NCBI GenBank assembly: GCA_963742735.1
Contig: CAVUMN010000003.1
Location: 224,001 to 288,000, forward strand
From: an uncultured Actinomycetes bacterium
GTDB lineage: Bacteria > Actinomycetota > UBA4738 > JBBDTT01
Reading direction: 5' to 3'
DNA length: 64,000 bases
This document shows, piece by piece, positions 47,032 through 56,375 of the stretch. Every line of letters starts with the position of its first letter. Position 1 is the stretch's first letter. The notes under the pieces are model-generated. The model was given only the letters and a program-made list of their open reading frames with translations, did no database searches and was not told the origin of the DNA. Made by a program: the position numbers and the translations under genes.

Positions 47032-48183
47032 ATGGACTTCGAGCTCAGCCCCGAGCAGGAGATGGTCCGCAAGACCGCCCGGGAGTGGGTGGACAAGGAG
47101 GTGATCCCCCGGGCGCGCGACGCCGACCGCGAGGAGGCCCTCGATCCCGAGGTCATCCGCCAGCTCGGCGAGCTCGGCTTCCTGGGCGCCGTCATCCCGG
47201 AGGAGTACGGGGGGATGGGCCTGGACAACCTGTCCTACTGCCTGATCATCGAGGAGCTCGGCCGCGGCGACTCCAGCGTTCGAGGCGTGGTCTCGGTGAA
47301 CGTCGGGCTCGTCGGCAAGACGATCTACAAGTGGGGGACCGAGGCGCAGAAACGGGAATGGCTTCCGCGTCTTGCCTCCGGTGAGGCCCTCGGCTGCTAC
47401 GGCCTGACCGAGCCGGAGGTCGGCTCCGACGCCGGGAACCTCACCTCACGCGCGAAGCGCGACGGCGATGACTGGATCCTGTCCGGCGAGAAGCTGTTCA
47501 TCACCAACGGCAACACCGCGAAGCTGGCGATGATCTTCGCCCGCACCGGCGGCGAGGGCCCAAAGGGGATCTCCGCGTTCCTCGTTCCCACGGACCTGGA
47601 GGGCTTCTCCTCGACCTACGTGAAGGGCAAGCTCGGCCTGCGTGCCCAGGACACCGGCGCCCTACACCTGGACGGCGTCCGGGTTCCCGACTCGGCCCGA
47701 CTGGGCGAGGAGGGTGAAGGCTTCAGGATCGCGATGTCGGCCCTCGACGGCGGGCGGATGTCCCTCGCCGCCGGCTGCGTCGGGATCGCCCAGGGCTCGC
47801 TCGAGGCGAGCATCGCCTACGCGAAGGAGCGCCACGCCTTCGGCAAGCCGATCGCCGCCTTCCAGCTGGTCCAGGAGCTCATCGCCGACACCGCCGTCGA
47901 GACCGACGCCGCCCGGCTGCTGGTGTGGCGGGTCGCGACCATGGCGGACGCCGGAAAGACCCACACCCTGGAGTCGAGCTACGCGAAGTACTTCGCCAGC
48001 GAGACCGCCGTGCGGGCCGCGAACGCGGCGGTCCAGGTCCACGGCGGGTTCGGCTACGTGGACGAGTACCCGGTCGGCAAGTACCTGCGCGACGCGCGCG
48101 TCACCACCCTCTACGAGGGAACCAGCCAGATCCAGAAGCTGATCATCGGCCGCGCCCTCACCGGCGAGTCCGCGTTCGCGTAA
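47032..48183 (+). CDS. Acyl-CoA dehydrogenase
   Basis: GLTEPEVGSD, GEKLFITNG, FGKPIAAFQ, QVHGGFGY, LYEGTSQIQ. Confidence 0.95.
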   Translation: MDFELSPEQEMVRKTAREWVDKEVIPRARDADREEALDPEVIRQLGELGFLGAVIPEEYGGMGLDNLSYCLIIEELGRGDSSVRGVVSVNVGLVGKTIYKWGTEAQKREWLPRLASGEALGCYGLTEPEVGSDAGNLTSRAKRDGDDWILSGEKLFITNGNTAKLAMIFARTGGEGPKGISAFLVPTDLEGFSSTYVKGKLGLRAQDTGALHLDGVRVPDSARLGEEGEGFRIAMSALDGGRMSLAAGCVGIAQGSLEASIAYAKERHAFGKPIAAFQLVQELIADTAVETDAARLLVWRVATMADAGKTHTLESSYAKYFASETAVRAANAAVQVHGGFGYVDEYPVGKYLRDARVTTLYEGTSQIQKLIIGRALTGESAFA

Positions 48184-48186
48184 GGC

Positions 48187-49584
48187 TCAGGGACAGGCCG
48201 GCTCGCCGGTGGTTCCGACGCACGTCCGGTCGTGGTCGAGCTGCGCCTCGATCGCGTCGGTGTTCGGGTCGTTGGCCGTCGAGGCGTCGCCGAGCAGGTT
48301 CAGGTTCTGCCAGGGATCGCTCGTGAGGTTGTAGTACTCGCGTTCGATGATCGTGGTTCCGTCGAGCGCGTAATACTCGACGTACTGGTAGGTCGGCGTC
48401 CGGATCGAAGCCCAGGTCGGCGTCCCCACCGGATCGTTCGTCCCCGCCTGCCAGTACTCGGTCAGGATCCGAGTGCGGGCGAAGCTTCCCAGGAGCGGCC
48501 GGCCGTCGATGGGTCTGCTCGGATCCGGGTCGATCCCGGCCAGGTCCAGGATGGTGGGCATGATGTCCGCGATCGCCACGATGCGCGAGTCTTTCGCGCC
48601 CCGGGCGATGCCCCGGCTGGGCCCCCACATGTAGAAGGGGACCTTTATGGAGTTGGAGTACGGCTGCGACTTCCCGGTGATGCCGTGTTCGCGCCACATG
48701 AACCCGTTGTCCGAGAGATAGAAGACGATCGTCCTGCCGGCTTCGCCGAACCGGTTCATCTGGGTGAACGCGTTCTCCACCAGGTCGTCCACGGACATCA
48801 GGGTGCGAAGCTGGTTGACCCGCGTGGTCTTCAGCGTGCTGAGCGGGACGTATCGGTCCTGCACGTACTGGGGTTTGTCCGAGCGGTCGGTCTCGTTGAC
48901 CGCGGGGTTGGCGAAGAACGGCCCCACCGACGACTTGGCGTAGGCGCCCTTCGGCTGCTGCGGGTAGTGGGGGGCGAACGGCGTCATCATGAGGAACCAC
49001 GGCCGCGAGTCGTTGCCCTCGGCCACCTCCAGGAACGGCCCGATGCGCGAGGAGAGGTAGTCGGTGCTGTACCCGCCGGGCTTGATGATGGCGCCGTTGC
49101 TGTTGTAGGTGACACCCCAGTACCCCGGCTCGGGGGTGAAGATCGCCCACCGGTCGAAGTACGGCGGGTCGTCGTTGATGTCCCACCGGTTCAGGTACTT
49201 GCCGAAAATCCCGTTCCAGTAGCCGTTGTCGTGCAGGTACTTCTGGAGCGTGTCGCCCTGGTCGAGCGACGTGGCGTCCCCGTTCGTGCGCACGCCGGTG
49301 TTGTGGGCGTACTGGCCCGTCATGAGCGAGGCGCGCGACGGGCAGCACAGGGGCGTCGTGGCGTACGCCTGTGTGAACTCGGTCCCGGCTTTCACGAAGC
49401 GCCCGGTCACCTCGGGCATCACGCCGAGCGTGCCCGGGGTCCGCTGATCGTCGGTCATGATGATCAGGATGTTGGGCTGGTCGAGCGCCTGCGCGCGCGC
49501 GGCGCGGTCGGCGGGCGGCAGCAGCGTGGCCGAGGCGATCAGCAGGGATACGGCCAAGAGACGGAAAGCGGGCTTGGGGGGCAT
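48187..49584 (-). CDS. Secreted Cys-type (formylglycine) sulfatase
   Basis: Signal peptide, PNILIIMTDDQ, LCCPSRASLMTG, GKYLN, SDNG. Confidence 0.93.
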   Translation of the reverse strand: MPPKPAFRLLAVSLLIASATLLPPADRAARAQALDQPNILIIMTDDQRTPGTLGVMPEVTGRFVKAGTEFTQAYATTPLCCPSRASLMTGQYAHNTGVRTNGDATSLDQGDTLQKYLHDNGYWNGIFGKYLNRWDINDDPPYFDRWAIFTPEPGYWGVTYNSNGAIIKPGGYSTDYLSSRIGPFLEVAEGNDSRPWFLMMTPFAPHYPQQPKGAYAKSSVGPFFANPAVNETDRSDKPQYVQDRYVPLSTLKTTRVNQLRTLMSVDDLVENAFTQMNRFGEAGRTIVFYLSDNGFMWREHGITGKSQPYSNSIKVPFYMWGPSRGIARGAKDSRIVAIADIMPTILDLAGIDPDPSRPIDGRPLLGSFARTRILTEYWQAGTNDPVGTPTWASIRTPTYQYVEYYALDGTTIIEREYYNLTSDPWQNLNLLGDASTANDPNTDAIEAQLDHDRTCVGTTGEPACP

Positions 49585-49644
49585 CGAGGCACCCTACCGG
49601 CGGCCCCCGCGGCGTACAAGCCCCTCCGATAGCATGGCCGCCCC

Positions 49645-50481
49645 ATGCCCGGGATCGACCTGCACTCGCACACGACCTGCTCGGACGGCACGTTCGCGCC
49701 GGCGGAGACCGTGCGCCTGGCGGTGGAGCGGGGCCTCGACGTCCTCGCGGTGAGCGATCACGACACCACCGAGGGCCTGGCCGAGGCGGCGGACGCCGCC
49801 GGGGGCACCGGGCTCGAGATCGTCCCCGCCACCGAGTTCTCCACGGTCTACGAGGGCGGAAGCATCCACGTCCTGGCGTACTGGATCGACCCGGCGAACG
49901 CCGAGTTCCTGGCCGAGCTGGCCCGCCTGCAGGACGACCGCGAGTGGCGGGCCCAGGAGATCGTGAAGAAGCTGAACGAGCTGGGGTTCCCGATCGGCTA
50001 CGCGCGCGTCCGCGAGCTCGCCGGCGGCTCCGTGGTGGCGCGGCCCCACATCGCCCAGGCGATGGTCGAGGCGGGCATCGTCCCCACCTACGAGGAGGCG
50101 TTCACCGAGGACTTCATCCTGGACGGGGGGCGGGCGTACGTGGAGAAGCACGCCCTGCATCCCGTCGACGCCCTCGCGCTGATCCACCGCGCAGGCGGGG
50201 TGTGCGTGATCGCCCACCCCGGGATGTGGTCCGACGCCGATCCGGTCCCCGACGCGCTCATCGAGCGGATGGCCGAGGAGGGCCTGGACGGCATCGAGGC
50301 CGATCACCCCGATCACCCGGAGGAGACCCGGGAGCGCTACCGGCAGATGGCCGGGCGGTTCGGGATCCCGTTCACCGGTTCCAGCGACTGCCACGGGACG
50401 CGATACGACCCGGTCCGCCTGGGGACCGTGACGACACATCCCGAGGAATTCGCCAAACTGAAGGCTCGCGTGGGCCGGTAA
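49645..50481 (+). CDS. PHP domain phosphoesterase
   Basis: DLHSHTTCSDG, SDHDT, HVLAY, RPHIA, AHP, SSDCHG. Confidence 0.93.
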   Translation: MPGIDLHSHTTCSDGTFAPAETVRLAVERGLDVLAVSDHDTTEGLAEAADAAGGTGLEIVPATEFSTVYEGGSIHVLAYWIDPANAEFLAELARLQDDREWRAQEIVKKLNELGFPIGYARVRELAGGSVVARPHIAQAMVEAGIVPTYEEAFTEDFILDGGRAYVEKHALHPVDALALIHRAGGVCVIAHPGMWSDADPVPDALIERMAEEGLDGIEADHPDHPEETRERYRQMAGRFGIPFTGSSDCHGTRYDPVRLGTVTTHPEEFAKLKARVGR

Positions 50482-50509
50482 GGGCCCGCGCCAGGAGAGG
50501 AGGCCCGAC

Positions 50510-52114
50510 GTGGCCCAGGCCAGGACCGAGCGCGCGACCAAGAAGGCCACGCAGCCGAACGTCCTCGAGTCGTTCAACCCGGCGACGGGCGAGCTGCTGG
50601 GCACGGTCGAGGTCACCCCGCCCAAGGCGGTCGCGGCCATCGCCGAGGAGACCGCCCGGATCCAGCAGGGCTGGGCGCTGACGCCGCTCGCCGAGCGGCT
50701 GGCGATCATCCGCCGGGCGGGCCAGTGGGTCCTGGCCAACCGCGAGGAGCTCGCCGGCAAGCTCACCGACGAGAACGGCAAGACCCTCCTGGAGTCGCTG
50801 ACCATGGAGGTCTTCCCGATCGTCGACACGTTCCACTGGGTCGCGTCGTGGGCCGGGCGGTACCTCTCGCCCGAGCGCATCCCCAACCCCCAGCCGTACA
50901 TGAAGCACAAGCGGCACTACTTCCTGTTCGAGCCGCTGGGGGTCGTCGGGATCATCTCGCCCTGGAACTATCCGTTCTCGATCCCGGCCGGCGAGGTGGC
51001 CCTGGCACTGGCCGCGGGCAACGCGGTCCTGCTCAAGCCGAGCGAGCACACCCCGCTGATCGCGAACGAGATCGCTCGCGCCTTCGAGGCCGGCGGCCTC
51101 CCGCGGGGGGTCCTGCGGGTCCTGCACGGCCTGGGCGACACGGGCGCCGCGATCTGCGAGGCCCCGGCCGTCAAGAAGATCTTTTTCACCGGCTCCACGG
51201 CGACCGGCCGAAAGATCATGGAGGCCGCAGCCCACGACATGAAGCCGGTGATGCTCGAGCTTGGGGGCAAGGACGCGGCGGTGGTGCTCGCCGATGCGGA
51301 CCTCGGCCGCGCCGTCGGCGGCACGATGTGGGCCGGGTTCGCGAACGCCGGCCAGACCTGCGCCGGCGTCGAGCGCGTCTACGTCGACCGCCGCATCTAC
51401 GACGAGTTCGTGGAGCGGATCACCGACCTGGCCCGGGCCATCCACCCGGGCGACCCGCGGGACCCGACGACCCAGGTCGGCCCGATGACCAACGACATGC
51501 AGTACGACAAGGTCGTGGAGCTGCTGGATGACGCAAAGGCCTCGGGCGCCGAGCTGCGCACCGGCGGGCCCACGGAGCTCCCCGGCCTCGGCGGGAAGTT
51601 CATCGCCCCGGTGGTGCTCACCGGCGTGGACCACTCGATGCGCATCATGCGCGAAGAGATCTTCGGCCCCGTCGTGCCGATCATGCCGTTCGACTCCGAG
51701 GACGAGGCCGTGGCCCTGGCCAACGACAGCCAGTATGGGCTGGGCGCGTCCGTGTGGACCCGGGACACGGCCCGCGGACGGCTGATCGGCGAGCGGCTTC
51801 AGGCCGGCATGGTGTGGGTGAACGACCACATGTACTCACACGGGATCCCCCAGACCCCGTGGGGAGGCATCAAGGAGTCGGGGACCGGCGTCACCCACTC
51901 GAAGTTCGGGCTCTACGAGATGGTCGACAAGCGGCTGCTCTCCGTCGACGGCGGGCGGATCCCCGTCCCGTGGTGGCACCCGTACGAGGAGTTCAAGCGC
52001 CGCGGCCTGTCCGCGGTGCTCGAGGCCCTGTACGCGCCGGAGCTCGCGGAGAAGGCCCGGAAGCTGTGGGACCGGCGAAGCGACCTGCGGGAGCTGCTGC
52101 AGCGGATGCGCTAG
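50510..52114 (+). CDS. Aldehyde dehydrogenase
   Basis: ISPWNYP, KPSE, FTGS, LELGGKD, NAGQTC, EEIFGPV. Confidence 0.95.
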   Translation: MAQARTERATKKATQPNVLESFNPATGELLGTVEVTPPKAVAAIAEETARIQQGWALTPLAERLAIIRRAGQWVLANREELAGKLTDENGKTLLESLTMEVFPIVDTFHWVASWAGRYLSPERIPNPQPYMKHKRHYFLFEPLGVVGIISPWNYPFSIPAGEVALALAAGNAVLLKPSEHTPLIANEIARAFEAGGLPRGVLRVLHGLGDTGAAICEAPAVKKIFFTGSTATGRKIMEAAAHDMKPVMLELGGKDAAVVLADADLGRAVGGTMWAGFANAGQTCAGVERVYVDRRIYDEFVERITDLARAIHPGDPRDPTTQVGPMTNDMQYDKVVELLDDAKASGAELRTGGPTELPGLGGKFIAPVVLTGVDHSMRIMREEIFGPVVPIMPFDSEDEAVALANDSQYGLGASVWTRDTARGRLIGERLQAGMVWVNDHMYSHGIPQTPWGGIKESGTGVTHSKFGLYEMVDKRLLSVDGGRIPVPWWHPYEEFKRRGLSAVLEALYAPELAEKARKLWDRRSDLRELLQRMR

Positions 52115-52144
52115 GAAGCATCGGAAAAAAGTTCCCGAACCGGC

Positions 52145-52173
52145 TCAAGTCCGGCCCGCCGCCGCGCCGATAC
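52145..52173 (+). promoter_or_regulatory. Sigma-28/WhiG-like promoter, probably giving a leaderless mRNA
   Basis: TCAAG-N16-GCCGATAC, 7 nt before the GTG at 52181; A-tract upstream. Confidence 0.65.
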
Positions 52174-52180
52174 CACGACC

Positions 52181-52669
52181 GTGAGCGATCGACTGCGCGC
52201 CCGCCTGGTCGTTGCCGGCACGAGCACCTTCCTGTCCGTGCTGGTCGCGGCCGTGCTCCTGGTCGGCCTGGGCGCCCTGGCCGGACGCCTGTCGACGCCC
52301 ACCCTCCCCGGCCACAGCGAGACGCAGGTCTCGCTGCCGGTGCTCTCCGACACGGTCCCCGCGGCCGATTCCGGTCCCGGAGCCATCCCCCCGGGCGCGG
52401 GCGACGGGATCCCCAACCCTCCGGACGACGGCGACCCCGGAACCAACCCGCCCGTCATTCCCGAGGACGAGCCGGTCGTCGGCCTGACCGCCTCCGGTGA
52501 CGTGGGCAACCTCGGCCTCATCGGGGTGGACCTGCCGATCACGCTCGGCGACAGCTCCGGCGACACGACCACCACGCGGATCGAGGTCCTGGGCGTGTCG
52601 GTGGGCATCCAGACCAGCGACAACCTGATCCAGGACGTGGTCTGCCTGCTGCTGTGCCCGAAGGACTAG
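52181..52669 (+). CDS. Membrane-anchored hypothetical protein with Pro/Gly/Asp-rich linker
   Basis: N-terminal TM, low-complexity stalk, short C-terminal domain ending VVCLLLCPKD. Confidence 0.7.
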   Translation: MSDRLRARLVVAGTSTFLSVLVAAVLLVGLGALAGRLSTPTLPGHSETQVSLPVLSDTVPAADSGPGAIPPGAGDGIPNPPDDGDPGTNPPVIPEDEPVVGLTASGDVGNLGLIGVDLPITLGDSSGDTTTTRIEVLGVSVGIQTSDNLIQDVVCLLLCPKD

Positions 52670-52676
52670 CCGCGGC

Positions 52677-53147
52677 TCAGAACGACTTGCGGTAGTACCG
52701 GCTCTCGCCGGTCGAGAAGCCCATCCCCTCGTAGAACCCCTGAGCCTGCTCGCGGTGTGCCGCAGTCGTGACCTCGATCCCCAGGCAGCCGGTCCGCCGG
52801 GCCACGGTCTCCGCCGCCTCCACCAGCCGGCGTCCCACGCCGGTCCCACGGGCCCGGTTCGACACCATCAGCGCGAGGAGGCGGGCGAAGGGACCCGGCT
52901 TCTCCAACAGCTCGAACCAGTGGACGACCGCCAGCCCGATCACCCGGTCGCCGCCCTCGGCCACGAGGACCTTGGTGTTCCGCTCGCCGTCGAGCGCCCG
53001 CAGCCGGGCGTGCACGTCGTCGAGGGACATCGGGTACCCCAGGTCGGTCAGCAGCTCCAGGACGTCCGCCGCGTCGCGGTGGTCCACCGCGCGCACGGCG
53101 ACCATCTCGGCCGCGGGCGACAAGGGCAGGCGGCCGGCGTCGGTCAC
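52677..53147 (-). CDS. GNAT N-acetyltransferase
   Basis: RARGTGVGRRLV, AQGFYEGMGF; GTGA overlap with the AKR stop. Confidence 0.85.
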   Translation of the reverse strand: MTDAGRLPLSPAAEMVAVRAVDHRDAADVLELLTDLGYPMSLDDVHARLRALDGERNTKVLVAEGGDRVIGLAVVHWFELLEKPGPFARLLALMVSNRARGTGVGRRLVEAAETVARRTGCLGIEVTTAAHREQAQGFYEGMGFSTGESRYYRKSF

Positions 53148-54133
53148 GCGGTCGGGGTCGCCTCCAGGTCGAAGTTGCGCTCGTAGAGCTCGGCGATCGC
53201 CGCCAGCTCCTCCTCGGAGAGGTCGGGCGCCTCGCTGGCGCCGGCGAACTCCGCGAGCTGGGCCTCGTCGTAGATGTTGGGGAGCACCGTCGTGATGGCC
53301 GGCTCGGACAGGACCCACTTCAGGGCGGCCTGGCCGATCGTGCGCTCCGGTGTGACCAGGAACTCGATCTTGCGGAGCTTGCGCAGTCCCTCGGTCAGCC
53401 ACTCCCGCTTGCGGTGGCTGCGATGGTCGTTCTCGTCGAAGGTGGTGCTCTCGTCGTACTTGCCCTCCAGGAGCCCCGAGGAGTGCGGCACCCGGACCAT
53501 CACGCCGACCCCGCCCTCGCGCGCGGCCTGGTTGAAGTCCCGGCCGGGGTCCTGCTCGAGGAGGTTGAATATCTGATGGAACACCCGGATGCCGGGCCGG
53601 CGTTCGAACGCCGCCAGGCCCTCGTCGCGCCACCCGATCGCCGGCCCCATGGCCGGGCCGTAGATGCGGATCTTGCCCTCGGCCACCAGGTCCTCCAGCA
53701 GGGCCCAGACGTCGTCGCGCTCCACCGCGTCCATCCGCGGGTTGTGGAGCTGGTAGACGTCCACCCGGTCGGTCTCGAGCCGGGACAGGGTGTCTTCGAG
53801 GTTGCGGCGCAGGAAGGCGGGGTCCCAGTTGTGGGGCCGCTCCCGGTGGCCGGTCCGGTCGTGGTCGACGTTGATGTCGTAGCCGAACTTCGTGGCCAGG
53901 GTGATCTCGTCGCGTTTCGAGCCCAGCGCCTTCGCCAGCAGGCGGTCGGCCCGGCCCTCCGCGTAGGCGTCGGCGGAGTCGAACAGGGTGATCCCCGCGT
54001 CGAACGCGGCGCGGATCAGTTCCACCGCGCGGTCGTCGGAGACCTCGCCCCACCAGCCGGTGGACACGGTCCACAGGCCGAACCCGATCTCCGACGCCGT
54101 CACGTCGCTGTCGCCGAACGTCCGGTATCGCAT
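53144..54133 (-). CDS. Aldo/keto reductase
   Basis: GITLFDSADAY, LATKFG, LETDRVDVYQLH, EGKIR. Confidence 0.93.
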   Translation of the reverse strand: MRYRTFGDSDVTASEIGFGLWTVSTGWWGEVSDDRAVELIRAAFDAGITLFDSADAYAEGRADRLLAKALGSKRDEITLATKFGYDINVDHDRTGHRERPHNWDPAFLRRNLEDTLSRLETDRVDVYQLHNPRMDAVERDDVWALLEDLVAEGKIRIYGPAMGPAIGWRDEGLAAFERRPGIRVFHQIFNLLEQDPGRDFNQAAREGGVGVMVRVPHSSGLLEGKYDESTTFDENDHRSHRKREWLTEGLRKLRKIEFLVTPERTIGQAALKWVLSEPAITTVLPNIYDEAQLAEFAGASEAPDLSEEELAAIAELYERNFDLEATPTA

Positions 54134-54207
54134 CCGCCCCATCCTATGACGGGGCCACAACCCGGGACCCCGAGGGCCCGGAGGGCCTCGGCTACACTTC
54201 GCCGCCG

Positions 54208-54894
54208 ATGACCTCCCACCTGGACGTGGTGTTCCTCGACGTCGGCGGCCCGATCTACGACGACCGCGTCTACTACGCCTCGCTCCTGCGCGCGATCCGT
54301 CAGGAGGACCCCTCGGTCACGGACGAGGCCTTCGACCGTGAGTACCAGGCGTGCCGCGTGGCCCAGAACGGCTCGTTCCGGCGGCACATCATCCCGGCGC
54401 TCCTGGGCGCCGCCGCCGACCTCGAGCGGGTCGCGGAGAACGCCGAACGGTGGTGGGACTACCCGCCCGAATCGCTCCTGCCCGACGTCGAGCCGTGCCT
54501 GCGGGCCCTCACCGAGGCCGGCTACCGGCTGGCCGTGCTCGCCAACCAACCCGCACGGACGCGCGAGACGCTCGGCCGCGACGGCCTGGACCGCTACTTC
54601 TCCCTGTACTCGATCTCCGAGGAGCTCGGCTACGAGAAGCCCGACCCCCGGATCTTCGCCCACGCCGTGGACCAGGCCGGGGTCGATCCGTCCCGCGCGG
54701 CGATGGTGGGGGACCGGCTCGACAACGACGTCCGTCCCGCGAAAGCCGCGGGGATGTACGGCGTGTGGCTGCTCCGCGGGGAGGCCCCCGAGGAGCCGAC
54801 GCCGGAGCAGGCCGGCGAGGCCGACGCGGTGATCCGCTCCCTGGACGAGCTCCCCGACGCCCTCGGTTCCCTTCAGCCCAGATCGCGCACGTAG
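54208..54894 (+). CDS. HAD family hydrolase
   Basis: FLDVGGP, LANQ, EKPDPRIF, MVGDRLDND. Confidence 0.9.
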   Translation: MTSHLDVVFLDVGGPIYDDRVYYASLLRAIRQEDPSVTDEAFDREYQACRVAQNGSFRRHIIPALLGAAADLERVAENAERWWDYPPESLLPDVEPCLRALTEAGYRLAVLANQPARTRETLGRDGLDRYFSLYSISEELGYEKPDPRIFAHAVDQAGVDPSRAAMVGDRLDNDVRPAKAAGMYGVWLLRGEAPEEPTPEQAGEADAVIRSLDELPDALGSLQPRSRT

Positions 54895-55400
54895 CGGACC
54901 TCGGGGAGGCTCACCCCGCCGAAGCCGGGGAGCTCGAACCGCTGGGTCGAGCCGTCCGCTCGCCAGCCCATCGCCTCGTAGAAGCGCCGGCCCGGCGCGT
55001 TCTCGCGGAGCACCCACAGGGTGGCCAGGCCGAGGCCCTGCCGGCGGAACGCTTCAACGGCGTGATCGAGCAGGAGCCGTCCGATGCCCCGGCGGAGCCG
55101 GCCGGGGTCCACGTAGATCGCATACACCTCGCCGGCCGGGGGCTCGTCGAGTGGTGGACGGGCAGGCCCGAGGATCGCGAAGCCCGCCACGGCGCCGTCG
55201 GACTCGGCGACCCACGCCTCCACGCCGGACTGCGGCAGGCGGATCCGGCCCCGGTGTCGCTCGGCGTAGTTGTCGGCGGACAGCGCGTCCAGATAGGCGT
55301 CGGGGACGATCCCCGGGTAGGCGGACTGCCACCCGCGCACGTGGATGGAGGCGATCGCCCGGGCGTCGTCCTCGGAAGCGCGCCGGACCACCGGACTCAT
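54873..55400 (-). CDS. GNAT N-acetyltransferase
   Basis: EVYAIYVDP..LRRGIGR.L, LWVLREN..GRRFYE. Confidence 0.9.
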   Translation of the reverse strand: MSPVVRRASEDDARAIASIHVRGWQSAYPGIVPDAYLDALSADNYAERHRGRIRLPQSGVEAWVAESDGAVAGFAILGPARPPLDEPPAGEVYAIYVDPGRLRRGIGRLLLDHAVEAFRRQGLGLATLWVLRENAPGRRFYEAMGWRADGSTQRFELPGFGGVSLPEVRYVRDLG

Positions 55401-55435
55401 ACGTCGAGCCTAATCGCGGCCGACCTGACGGACCG

Positions 55436-56368
55436 TCAGATCCTGGCGGCCGTGGCGAGCCAGATCCCGTACGAGACGAGCGTGGTCGCCCCGAGGACCT
55501 TTCCGGCCTGCCCCCGCCACAGGAAGACCGCGGCGACCACGCCGTACAGCGCCGCGGCGTAGATCAGGGCCGCCCCGGTGGCGCCGTCCAGGGACAGGGG
55601 CCGCACCAGGGCGGTGATCCCGAGGACCGCCGTGGAGAACGCGGCCAGGGTGCCGAACAGGTTCCCGGTGGCGAGCTCGTCCTGGCCGCGACGGATCGGC
55701 AGGACCGAGAGGAGGACCTCGTCCAGGCTGGCCAGCACGCCGATGACCGCCGCGCCGATGAACCCGGGCGCGAACGTGGTTCGGGACAGGATCCGCACCC
55801 CGCCCTCCACCAGCCCGGCCGCTCCCAGTGCGATCACGCCGAGACCGGCCACCGTCAGCCCCAGCGCCCGGAGCCGGCCCGCCGGCCCCCGTTCGGCCTC
55901 GTGCTCGATCTCCGCGAGGCGCGGGGCGGCCAGCCGGCGGTCGTACACCACGAACGTCACGTAGACGGCGTAGAGGCCGATGAGCATCGCTCCCTCCAGA
56001 CGGCCCACGTACAGGTCGCGGCAGGCGATCGCCGCCGCGATCAGCCCCGCCGCCGGCAGCAGGACGTGCTCGGCCGAGGGGCTCGCCACCGGCCGGCGGG
56101 CCAGCAGGAGCCCCGCCCCGAACGCCGCGCCGAACAGGAACGCCACCGTCCCGAAGATCGAACCGCCGGCCACCGCCGGGTGACCGCGGCCCGCAGCGAC
56201 GACCGCCGTCCCCAGACCCTCCAGGTCGATGCCGAACAGCAGCGCTCCGATCGCGAACAGGGGGATGCCCGCCGCGCTCGCCAGGGCCCCGGCTCCGCGG
56301 ATGGCGATCTCCGCACCCACGAACAGCAGGAGCGCACCGGCCACCAGGAGCAGGATCGCGAGAACCAC
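55436..56368 (-). CDS. CaCA (Na/Ca exchanger-like) membrane protein
   Basis: About 10 TM segments, degenerate alpha repeats (GIDLEGL, LASLDEV, ATGNLFGT); start uncertain. Confidence 0.7.
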   Translation of the reverse strand: MVLAILLLVAGALLLFVGAEIAIRGAGALASAAGIPLFAIGALLFGIDLEGLGTAVVAAGRGHPAVAGGSIFGTVAFLFGAAFGAGLLLARRPVASPSAEHVLLPAAGLIAAAIACRDLYVGRLEGAMLIGLYAVYVTFVVYDRRLAAPRLAEIEHEAERGPAGRLRALGLTVAGLGVIALGAAGLVEGGVRILSRTTFAPGFIGAAVIGVLASLDEVLLSVLPIRRGQDELATGNLFGTLAAFSTAVLGITALVRPLSLDGATGAALIYAAALYGVVAAVFLWRGQAGKVLGATTLVSYGIWLATAARI

Positions 56369-56375
56369 GAAGGGA

